From Nemertoderma westbladi (lineage: Eukaryota; Animalia; Xenacoelomorpha), in contig JAUCBJ010007091.1 in NCBI GenBank assembly GCA_032718475.1, positions 3,684 through 67,683 on the forward strand: a stretch of DNA of 64,000 bases, in the 5' to 3' direction. The notes below the pieces were generated by a model. The model had not been told where the DNA came from. It saw only the letters and a program-made list of their open reading frames with translations, and did no database searches. Made by a program: the position numbers and the translations under genes. Shown one piece after another: positions 12,243 to 22,323 of the stretch (position 1 is its first letter; each line of letters begins with the position of its first letter).

Positions 12243-13334
12243 ATGCCTCGCAAGATGAAACCGATTTTAAGCCGAAGCTTAGACAAAAAACTGTTAAGAA
12301 TTTATTTAGATCCTTCATCCCCTGCGGGATTTGCAAGTGTTGCAAAATTAGCAAAAGCTGCAAACATCAAACCGGCGCAAGCCCAGAAATGGTTGAGCGG
12401 ACAAAAGACATACACCCTTCACGCTCCACGTAGACAACATTATCCAACATCTAAAATATTTACGGGAGGCATAAAAGATATATATATGATAGATCTGGTG
12501 GATATGCAGCAATATAAGTCGCAAAATAATAATTATAACTATATATTAACGTGCATTGATGCCTTCAGTCGGCTTGCTTTTGGCTATGCTATGAAAACAA
12601 AAAAGGGTGTTGAAATTATTAGTATATTGCAAAAAATATTCCAGAAAGGAAAACCAAACAGAATCGCCACGGATCAAGGTTCTGAGTTTCTAAATAAATC
12701 TGTAAGGAAATATTTAGATACGTTAGGTATACAGTATTACGTAATGTATTCTATGAATAAGGCGGCTATTGTCGAGAGATTTAACAGAACCTTAAAAACA
12801 AAGATGTTCAAAATTTTCACGCAAAGGGGAAATAATATTTGGATAAAAATTTTACCTAAGCTTATCTCGGCTTATAATAGGTCGTATCATAGAACAATAC
12901 AAATGACACCTATTGAAGTTAATAAATTTAATGAAACTGAATTAATGAATAGATTATATGGGAAATATAGACAGATAAATCACAAGAAAATAAAATTTAA
13001 AGTTGGAGATACAGTACGATTATCTATTGCTCGTACTGCTTTTGCTAAAGGCTATCGAGAACAATGGACACGTGAATTATTTATTATTCATCGGGTCAGG
13101 TTGGATAGAGTACCAGCGGTAATGTTCGATATTAAGGACAGCACCGGAGCTATAATAAAGGGCTCATTTTATTCTCACGAACTTCAAAAGGTCCACCCGA
13201 ATAATAATATTTATCTAGCAATTGACAAAAAAAATATTGGCAAACTTAAAGAACGTGTACGCAATGGGAAGAAAGAATATTTAGTCCGATTCATCGGATC
13301 CAAGAAACAGTCCTGGGTACAGCATATTCAATAA
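12243..13334 (+). CDS. int: Retroviral-like (rve, DDE) integrase
   Basis: IDLVDM, CIDAFSR, TDQGSEF, ERFNRTLK, YNRSYHRTI, KFKVGDTVR; chromodomain-like tail KEYLVRFIG. Confidence 0.95.
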   Translation: MPRKMKPILSRSLDKKLLRIYLDPSSPAGFASVAKLAKAANIKPAQAQKWLSGQKTYTLHAPRRQHYPTSKIFTGGIKDIYMIDLVDMQQYKSQNNNYNYILTCIDAFSRLAFGYAMKTKKGVEIISILQKIFQKGKPNRIATDQGSEFLNKSVRKYLDTLGIQYYVMYSMNKAAIVERFNRTLKTKMFKIFTQRGNNIWIKILPKLISAYNRSYHRTIQMTPIEVNKFNETELMNRLYGKYRQINHKKIKFKVGDTVRLSIARTAFAKGYREQWTRELFIIHRVRLDRVPAVMFDIKDSTGAIIKGSFYSHELQKVHPNNNIYLAIDKKNIGKLKERVRNGKKEYLVRFIGSKKQSWVQHIQ

Positions 13335-13583
13335 GCTTAGGTTTATACTGTATATTAATTCATTTTGGTCGCATATGACCGTAATTAATCAATAATATTA
13401 ACTCGAATGATATTACTATATCTATAGTTCATCCGCTTTAAATAAAGCCAGTAAAATATTGATCCCACGCATATACTGTAGAAGATGCTGGCAATGAACG
13501 TGGTCACAGATGTCTATAATTTAACATTATACTGTATGTACAAAGGAGTCAAGTAGAGAGAGCGAGCTTAAATAATAATAATA

Positions 13584-14456
13584 ATGGCCACAGATACATA
13601 TATCACTCTACTGTCAGATAGCTCATTGAACACTTATCCCAATAATAATCCTAGTGAGTTTACTGTTGATTTAGCCGAAGAATTATATATTGGTCCAAAT
13701 GCCAAAATTGGACTTGCCGAACTTCAATACCAAGCAACATACAGTAATATTACGCTGCAAACTCAAATTTCGCTGTCAATCGGGGTAGATGCAAAACATG
13801 CCAAATTATATAGTTTATTTCCTGGTATGCATAACTCTATTCAAGTGATTATTGATGATATAAATAAACTGTTTAATTCTGAAGCGAAATATAGAGATTT
13901 CGAATTCATTTTTAATACAAATAATTCTAGAATTAAATTTAAATTTCCTAAAAAGTTGAAAAAAATACAATTAAGTCTACGCGGCGATTTAATACAAATT
14001 CTAGGCTTAAAACCGTTATTGGATCGGAATCATCCGGATATTCCGAATTGGGATATATACAGTACCACTACAGTAGATGAATTAAGCAATATAGAACAGC
14101 CGATATTAATTTTAAATTATAGCGGGCCAAAAATTTCGGAAATTGGCATTTTAGATTTTCCAGCTCCCACAAATATAACACGTAATAAAGACACTATCTT
14201 TATATACACAGATATTATTAAGAGCTCATTTGTTGGCGACGCTTTAGCTCCGCTCTTAAGAACCTGCCCTTTAACGCAATTAAATCGAAAATATATTAAT
14301 CACGAATACGAGAGCATTTGCTATTTCCCATTGTTGAATAAAAAACTAAAAACAATCTTAATTACTTTACGTGACGGCCAAGGCCAATTAATTAACTTCA
14401 GCGGAGGTCGCACTGTTATAACACTTAAGTTATTACGGGGTGGCGGCGATGGATGA
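13584..14456 (+). CDS. Minor capsid protein (penton) 1
   Basis: YITLLSDSS..YP.N....F...L, IFIYTDII...FVGD...PLLR, I.ITLRDGQG..INF motifs. Confidence 0.85.
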   Translation: MATDTYITLLSDSSLNTYPNNNPSEFTVDLAEELYIGPNAKIGLAELQYQATYSNITLQTQISLSIGVDAKHAKLYSLFPGMHNSIQVIIDDINKLFNSEAKYRDFEFIFNTNNSRIKFKFPKKLKKIQLSLRGDLIQILGLKPLLDRNHPDIPNWDIYSTTTVDELSNIEQPILILNYSGPKISEIGILDFPAPTNITRNKDTIFIYTDIIKSSFVGDALAPLLRTCPLTQLNRKYINHEYESICYFPLLNKKLKTILITLRDGQGQLINFSGGRTVITLKLLRGGGDG

Positions 14457-15306
14457 GTTCTACGTAAGGCTGCCGAGTAACTCATGTCCAATTGATTTTC
14501 CCCGCAATAGCGCTAGTAATTATCAGATAAATTTCCACGGCGCCTTACCTATAAATCCAAACGAAAACTGGGTGGTAGGTATAAAAAGTATATTTTACTT
14601 AGCAACGTTGCCGTCCATGTATAACAATGTAGAGAATGTTATTTTATTAAAAAAAGGGAAAAAAATTTTTGAGGATACACTTCCATCTGGTTTATTCTAC
14701 AGTATCAACGACATTATAGATTATTTTAACACGGGGACATTGAAAGATAAATTACAAATAGTTGAAAATACTCAGCAAAATAGATTGCAATTTATTTTAG
14801 GGAAAACTGTGCGAGAGTTATTTATAGGTCAACAATTAGCCTATTATTTTGGAATTACTGAAAATAATCTCGGCGCGAATTTAAATCCAAATTTTAAAAT
14901 TATTTTGAAGACGAAAAATAATATAAAGGGTTATTTAATAAAGGTTATCGGAAATGGAGAAAAAGCTTACCAGATGGTATTTTTATGCCCTCAACCGCCC
15001 AACTCTATTCCAGAACCTAAATCGAACATGTACGTGACTACTAATATAATTGAAAATCAATATATTAACGACTTTGGTTTAGCTTTACTTCGTCGTGTTG
15101 CGATACCTGATGATGTGAAATATGGTAGCGTAATAAATAAAGAATTTGTCAAGGATACAATTCATTATATCCCTGTAAAAAAATAATATAAGATAACATA
15201 CATTCATATTGAAATAACAGACAAAGAAGGAAAAGATTTGAATTTTGAATACGGGACAACTTGTATTACCTTACACTTTAAACGAATAAATTCAAATGGA
15301 TTCTGA
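14449..15306 (+). pseudogene. Minor capsid protein (penton) 2 with in-frame premature stop
   Basis: FYVRLPSNS..FP.N, WVVGI, LLRRV; TAA at 15184-15186, then the same frame continues IHIEITDKEGKDLNFEYGTTCITLHF to TGA at 15306. Confidence 0.8.
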
Positions 15307-15856
15307 TTTATTTCAAAGATACAGTAAACCTCAATATGGGGGTTCAGACTCTAATCTTGCTGTTTTTAAAGGCGGAAGAAGTACCAGAGGCTCGACGCAA
15401 GTTCCTGTTTTTCGTGGTGGTTCATATATTGACCCTTACGGTCAACAAATTGGTGCATTTGGTCCAAACTTAAAACAACGTCGTTTTCAGCGTTATCGTA
15501 GAGGTATGCGGGCAAATCAACACGGAGAAGGTATATTTACAGACGCTTTATCTACATTGAAAAAATTTGGTAAGCCATTAGCTAAAAAAGTTTTACAGAA
15601 AGCTTTACCATTTACCACAAAATTTATGAGACAACACGTAATACCAAAAGGTAAGCGGGTCTTACATCAGCAGGCTAATACGGTTATTAATAAAGCATTA
15701 AATAAAATGAAACCGTCAACAAGGTCGGTTGTAGAAAAAGTTTATAGAGATTTAAAGCGACCCGCTAGACCAATGTCTATGAACATACATCATCGACGTA
15801 GTAAAAAGAGAAATATAAAAGGCAAACTGAAACACTGCGAAAAAAGTATTTTTTAA
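15296..15856 (+). CDS. Basic core protein (pVI/pVII-like)
   Basis: Very K/R-rich; repeated xxGG and GxG sites (QYGG, FKGG, FRGG, QHGEG) followed by amphipathic IFTDALSTLKKFGKPLAKKVL. Confidence 0.7.
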   Translation: MDSDLFQRYSKPQYGGSDSNLAVFKGGRSTRGSTQVPVFRGGSYIDPYGQQIGAFGPNLKQRRFQRYRRGMRANQHGEGIFTDALSTLKKFGKPLAKKVLQKALPFTTKFMRQHVIPKGKRVLHQQANTVINKALNKMKPSTRSVVEKVYRDLKRPARPMSMNIHHRRSKKRNIKGKLKHCEKSIF

Positions 15857-16681
15857 TAATGTCAATTATTAAGGAATTAGATTTATTTTCTACACAGCCA
15901 ATACAGACTGAATTTAAAGCAAAACATTATGAAACAATTTACCCCGTATCTAATCTCAGAAGTGAATCTAGGGAGGTCACCTTCCTTGTACCCAGATCCA
16001 ATGAATTCTATACGAAACTGCAAGACGCGTTATTAATTACAAAATGTACAGTACGTTGGGATAGACGACTTGAAAACTCCCATATTTATATGCTGAATTA
16101 CCCAGCTGAAACTATGTGGAGTGATATTAAAATAGACCTTAATGAGAAGCAGGTTGAAAATAGCAATAACCATTATTTCTACAAGTCGTACTTATCCAAT
16201 TTATTATTTACAACTTACGAGGATAAAAATGGGCTACTGGGTGCTGGTGGCTTTCATCAACCTTTATCTGAACACGGAAATGAAATTGATCCCGGCGCGC
16301 ATCCTATTGCTGATGCCTTTAGTAAACAAATGCAATTTGTAAGTGGATTGACGATTGATTTTGATACTGAAACTAAAATAATACAACCTGGGTATGATTT
16401 AAGAATGCATTTTAGAAAAGTATCAAATTCGTTTATTTTTAAAATCACTCCAAACGCAAACGCTGTGACAAATCTTCGACTAGAATTAGATGAAATAAAA
16501 ATTCTAATCCCTAGAATGGAGGTTAATCCGGTAATAGAAAGCAGTCACCTAAAAGGTTTAGAGAGCTACGATATTGAATATCAATTTCAAAAGAAAGAGG
16601 TGACTACATTTACTATTCCAGCTCAAACCACAAATTACACTCAAACAAACATATTTGATGGTAAAAAACCCAAATTAGTTA

Positions 16682-18466
16682 CAGTCCAGCTCACCAACAG
16701 AGTGCCATCGGATCCGATCTGAACCGATCGGATCCAACAGCTTCAAACACTTTCAGACAAACTCCAACAGTCCAACAACTTCAAACAGATTCAGACAGTT
16801 TCAAACAGATTCAGACAGTTTCAAACAGAATCAGACAACTTCCAACAACCTGTCAATCACTCCACCCACACTCAACCGCAACCCCAACTCAACTCCCATC
16901 TTCTTGCACGCAGATAGAATGAAAGCGTTTGAAACTACTAAAGGAACTCCATTCATAAAGCCACAATAACGACAGAGTGGACTGGCCACTGGCGGCGCCC
17001 TTGAACATTCACACTGTAACTTAAGCTGACCTGAAGGAACAGCCCATTAGTGAGGTTGGTATTTCTCTTTATTCCTGCCGCTATCTTTGAATAACACAAT
17101 AGCAGAAAGCTAACCAGTGGTCTACCCCCAATACAAGAAAGACAAGTTGGCTACCATTGAAATGAATGGGGAATGGAATTCTGTGTTCACATACTAATGT
17201 TGCTTTGGGTTGGTCTAGAGCCATACAATAGAGCTTTACGGAAATACACTTCCAAAGAGCCAAGCAGTGGCGGTATAGGTCCAAAATGCCCATGTAGAAT
17301 TTCTTCGAATAAGGCTCAATTTCTTTAAGTTACATTAATTAAAATACTGATAAATATATTTTGCTTTTCGCAGGAGGGACAGTATCCCCCTCTACAGTTA
17401 ATATAGTGTACGTACATGTGTTAGTTATATCGTTGCGTTTATTTATATTTATACAGGTTTGGATATGATCTCTACTAGTTTGATTTTTGTTTTGTCAATT
17501 AATTAATTGTGCGGTTAATTTGTCAATCACCGCCTTAATTGGCTACATTGCTTATTGTATGAATGAATATAATTAGTTATTAAGACATTATTTTAATTAG
17601 TATCTGGTGTGATTAGGTCTACCTTTTACATAACAACAGTACGTCAATGGCGGATATACTACTACTACTGTACTACTAAGTCGAGCGAACTCGGATAGTG
17701 GAAATGAGATCCTTCCAGGCTTCCCGATTCTCCATAGTTGTCGCAATTTCGTTTCTCCAAAGTTCAGAGAAGTTTCACTCATTGTAATTATATTTACTGT
17801 TTGCTTAATCTGTTTGTGTTTATATCTGTTTATGTGCAGTATTTAGTGCCCTATGTCAAAGAAACTAATATATTTATAGCATTATTTACATTTCTAATTA
17901 AATTAAGGAATTAAAAACGTGTTGGTGTTATTATATTCATTTATCGGAATTTATATTATAGGAATTTATTATTCGTTTATGCATTCTAGTTAATTAATTT
18001 ATATAATTAACGACATAATTATGTAAATAAAAATTGTTAAATGAAACAAATCTTTATTTCGGTTTATAATTGACAATAGCACACCCTCACAATCACTTCA
18101 AATTGAGAGTTAAAGTGATTGGCATTCTGTTAATGAGCTCCGCTTTTGTAAGGCATTGGCAAATTCCAACAAATTCCGATGGCGTCAAACATCTTCAGAC
18201 AACTTCAAACAGTTTCAGACAATTTCAAACAGCTTCAGACAACTTCAGATAGCTTCCAACAACATCCAACAGAAATTTCAAACACTTTCAGATGGATTTC
18301 AGACAGATTCAGATGGGCTCCAACAGACTAAACTTGTTGGAAATATTTTCTCCAACAGAATCAAACAGTACTAAATCTCTGTAGGTTAGCATTGTGCTTG
18401 TTTGAAGCTGTCGGAGTGTGTTGGATCCGATCGGATCCGATGGCACTCTGTTGGTGAGCGGGACTG
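16682..18466. mobile_element. TA-flanked non-autonomous DNA transposon (Tc1/mariner-type MITE)
   Basis: TIR CAGTCCAGCTCACCAACAGAGTGCCATCGGATCCGATC and its near-perfect inverse; TA TSD; internal ttca(a/g)acag repeats. Confidence 0.88.
17656..17767 (-). mobile_element. Short 3' end of an RTE LINE inside the MITE
   Basis: Near-identical to ~42125-42224, including the (TAG)n tail. Confidence 0.7.
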
Positions 18467-18907
18467 TATTATTGGCTTCATAACAAATAACGCTTATTCG
18501 GGAGAATTAATTAGCAATCCCTTGAAATTTGAACATTTTAACCTTAGACGCGCGGAACTGATTGTAGACGGTCTTCCAGTAGGGGGTGTAATATACGAAC
18601 CTAATTTTACAGATGGAACATATATTTTTGAGTATACTCAATTAATGAAGAACATTAATACATATATTAACGGTTATGGGGGTAATAATATAGACCATGA
18701 AACCTACTTAGGTAATTGCCCCATCCTATCCTGGGACCTAACCGCTGACGGCTACGTTAGAGATCCGCAACCGTCGATATATACTAACGGTCAATTAAAA
18801 TTAAGATTTGCCGAACCGTTGGTTGAAACCATAAATGTAATCGTTTTTAATATTTATGATCAATCATTAAGTTTAAATAGCAGGAAAGAAATACATATCG
18901 ATTAAGT

Positions 18908-19360
18908 ATGTTATCTACAGAGGACCTTGATATGTTTCCAGTGGGTGGTCACTATTTGGGCGCGTTTCCAGCTAATAAATTACCTAAATTAGATAATAAT
19001 AAGCAGCAGGATTATGGCTTGATAGTAAATACCGATAAACAGCATCTACCCGGGGTTCATTGGATTGCTATATATATACGAGATAATGAGGCCGAAGTAT
19101 TTGACTCGTTTGGACCAAAATATCCAAACAGATGTATCGAAAAATGGCTTGAGAAAAATTCCGCAAGGTGGCGTACTACATGCAAACAATTTCAAGACCC
19201 CAGGAGGACCACATGCGGCCTATACTGTCTCTATTACTTAGTAAATCGTATTCACACAATCTATCCAATGAGAGCGTTTACAAATAATGTGGAAATCAAT
19301 GAAATTATATTATATAAATGGCTTGTTAATTATTATAAATTAAACCAACAAGCGTTGTAA
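18908..19360 (+). CDS. Adenain-like maturation cysteine protease
   Basis: NTD....G.HW, FDSFG, Q.....TCGLYC: His-Asp-Cys triad plus oxyanion Gln. Confidence 0.92.
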   Translation: MLSTEDLDMFPVGGHYLGAFPANKLPKLDNNKQQDYGLIVNTDKQHLPGVHWIAIYIRDNEAEVFDSFGPKYPNRCIEKWLEKNSARWRTTCKQFQDPRRTTCGLYCLYYLVNRIHTIYPMRAFTNNVEINEIILYKWLVNYYKLNQQAL

Positions 19361-19395
19361 TTAATCATTTAGCTTGCTTTTGTTTATCAGATAAA

Positions 19396-19986
19396 ATGGA
19401 TAATATTATTTTTGTTGATTTTCAATATTATAAGATAGACAATAAAGAGTATCCGGTAGTATTTAAAGAATTTGCAATATACGATTCTAATTACACCAAA
19501 ACTAATGTAAAGACGTTTTTAATTAAAGGCCCGTCTAATATTAAGTTATCAGCTTTAGATGCAGCTCACGTAAACAATTTACGAGATATGGGTTCTCACT
19601 TGCCCTGGGACTACGGGGACATTTCTCAAGATGACTTTATAAATTATATGAAGAGACATTTAAAATATAAAAAAAACATTCATGTATTTGGGTTGATGAA
19701 GCGGGCAATATTAGTTTCCCAACTCGATGTTCTCGAGCCAAATTCGGTGGAGAAATTGGGAATATATAAGCAATATCACGATTATTTAACACCTTGTCGA
19801 TTTCACGACCGATTCACTACAGTATGCGCGTTCCACTTAAACATAAGGGATAACTGTCTGCGATACTGCTCAGCAAAACGTGTTGGCTGGTTTGAGGCTC
19901 CACACTTTTTCATGAGAAAGCGTTTAACTGCGACTGATGATGATGATAAACAGAAAGAAATAACTGCGGTGGAAGATGTACTGTAG
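19396..19986 (+). CDS. Conserved Polinton protein, probable divergent DnaQ/DEDD-fold with C-terminal Cys/His cluster
   Basis: IIFVDFQ...VFKEFA, HLPWDYGD, VFG.MK, C..H....C pattern. Confidence 0.55.
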   Translation: MDNIIFVDFQYYKIDNKEYPVVFKEFAIYDSNYTKTNVKTFLIKGPSNIKLSALDAAHVNNLRDMGSHLPWDYGDISQDDFINYMKRHLKYKKNIHVFGLMKRAILVSQLDVLEPNSVEKLGIYKQYHDYLTPCRFHDRFTTVCAFHLNIRDNCLRYCSAKRVGWFEAPHFFMRKRLTATDDDDKQKEITAVEDVL

Positions 19987-20339
19987 GTTTACTCTAAGCA
20001 TGTAATGTAATGTGATGGGATAATATAATTTTATTTTGGTGATGATCTTGATGTTAATATAAAAATATAATAAAATATAATTTTTTTTTACAACAAGTTC
20101 TCTAAAAGAGTCAATCGCGGTAGGTTAACCATGCACATTTAACAATATGACGTAGACGTAACATGTACAGTAAGTATTCTCGATATCGTTCTAATATAGA
20201 TGTACTGGTATTGTGAAACAGCCTATACATCGCAAACTAATAACACATACAGTAGTTGACTAGTAATATTAGTCAGAAAATGCAACATAATCTGTATAGG
20301 GTGTAATGATAACCTGTTGGTACCGGTACTGATAAATTA

Positions 20340-21690
20340 TAGGCCTATCTACAACTGTCATCCACTTTATCAGTACCGGTAGTGTTTTACTCTTCCAACA
20401 CTGTAGTTTCTGTCTAGTGGTATCGGTACAGCAGTAATCTGATGCATGCAGGGGTCTCACATATAGGGATTAGATCACCTATCCAAACAATACAGTACTG
20501 CTGTACTGTCGCTGTTCTTGATGTAACATCATAATCAGATAAAGCATACTGATTTCCTTTGATTAGCATTGTACTGCAGTACCGGTACGACAGTACCTGC
20601 AGTAACAAACTAAACCAATGTATACAATATCGAGAGCTAGTTACAATCAGATGTGTACGCAGTCAGCCACGTTGCGAGGATGCGGTCAACCTCACAGCTA
20701 GCCTCGCAGCTCCTATCCACAACTGTCATCCACTTTATCAGTACAGCAGTAATCTGATACAATAGCATTTGTTTTTTTCACCTATAAGGATACTGCTGTC
20801 ATGATCTGGATTACACGCAGGGGTCTCACATATAGGGATTAGATCCCCTACCTAAACAATACAGTACTGCAGTACTGTCGTTGTTCTTGATGTAACAGCA
20901 TAATCAGATAGAGCATACTGATTTCCTTTGATTAGCATTGTACTGCAGTATTAATGTAACAGTACCTGCAGTAACAAACTAGGCTAATGTATACAATATC
21001 GTGAGCTAGTTACAATCAGATGTGTACGCAGTCAGCCACGTTGCGGGGATGCGGTCAACCTCACAGCTCCTATCCACAACTGTCATCCACTTTATCAGTA
21101 CAGCAGTAATCTGATGCAATAGCATTTGTTTTTTTTCACCTATAAGGATACTGCTGTCTACCCGAACCTTGATTAGCATAGGCCTACTGCTGTCATAACC
21201 TAGATTACATGCAGGAGTCTCACATATAGGGATTAGATCACCTACCTAAACAATACAGTACTGCAGTACTGTCGCTGTTCTTGATGTAACTGCGTTGTCA
21301 GATAGAGCATACTGATTTCCTTTGATTAGCATTGTCCTGCAGTACGGTACCGGTACCACAGTATTAATGTAACAGCACCCGCAGTAACAAACTAAGTCAT
21401 TGTATACAATATCATGAGCCGGATATAATCAGATGTGTACACAGTCATGGGATGCGGTCAACCACGCAGTCAGAGCAGCATCGCTGCCAGCCTCGCATCC
21501 AGCCAGCCTCGCAGCCAGCCTCGCAGCACGCAGTCAGCCTCGCAGTCAGCCTCGCGGCATGCAGTCAGCCTCGCGGCACGCGGCAGCCTCGCAGCCAGCC
21601 ACGCAGCCAGCCTCACGGCGCGCAGCAGCAGCCTCGCAGTTGATCATGCAGTCAGCCAGCCAGCTACGCAGCTAGGCACGCAGTCAGCCC
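20340..21690. repeat. Internal Polinton tandem repeats (~3 units of 360-410 bp, then ~12-bp gcagccagcctc units)
   Basis: acaactgtcatccactttatcagtac recurs at ~20351, ~20719, ~21076; agatgtgtac recurs at ~20649, ~21018, ~21431. Confidence 0.85.
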
Positions 21691-21777
21691 GTGAGAGTCA
21701 TACTTATTCAAACGAGGTTAGTTTTCCCTAACTACCGATAGATTGATTGAAAAATAATAATGTTTAATTTTCACCTT

Positions 21778-22323
21778 CTAATCACCAACACCTAAAGTCA
21801 CAACACCAAACATTAATAAATAATTAACAAGTTTACTAAATATAGGGTAATAAATGTGAAATTTGCTAGGTGAACACATTAAAGTACATTTACCAGTATG
21901 AAAGCAACAAATGACTACGGTATTATTTATTCTTATTTTGCAATTATTAAAAATTTCAGGTTCATATATAACTTGAAGTTGTACATTATCAAAGACAACA
22001 TAAAACCCGGTATTGTTTATCAATAACCTATAGACTACAGACTTAATACTAAAAATATAAGTACATAAATTAACAGATTTTAAAATCAAATTAATACTAG
22101 TTTTATCAAATATATGCTTTTTTACTTTTTGGAAATTATACTTACTGCCTAATAATGTAATACGACCATTTTTAAATATTAATAATGTGGCACCAAATAT
22201 CTTATATATAAACTGATTTGGTTTGAGTATGTGTTTACCAGATAATTGATTTTTTAATTCTTTAAAATTAATCGCTGACACTTGCTGGCAACTTACATTC
22301 TTATTGACTATCTGATAGTTCAT
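21778..22323 (-). CDS. TATA-binding protein (TBP)-like protein
   Basis: 181 aa with two TBP-core repeats: YQIVNKNVSC..INFKEL / ATLLIFKNGRITLLGSK and YEPEIF / FHTGKCTL. Confidence 0.75.
   Translation of the reverse strand: MNYQIVNKNVSCQQVSAINFKELKNQLSGKHILKPNQFIYKIFGATLLIFKNGRITLLGSKYNFQKVKKHIFDKTSINLILKSVNLCTYIFSIKSVVYRLLINNTGFYVVFDNVQLQVIYEPEIFNNCKIRINNTVVICCFHTGKCTLMCSPSKFHIYYPIFSKLVNYLLMFGVVTLGVGD

Larger units (their letters stand above)
15859..18905 (+). pseudogene. Major capsid protein (double jelly-roll), interrupted by a MITE
   Basis: ELDLF...Q N-terminus; removing 16682-18468 restores KPKLVIIGFITNNAYSGELISNPLKFEHFNL in frame (419 aa). Confidence 0.9.

Noticed and set aside
21433-21731. 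Three overlapping Ala/Ser/Gln-rich ORFs
   Set aside because: Open in all three frames because the 12-bp repeat lacks stops; no coding evidence
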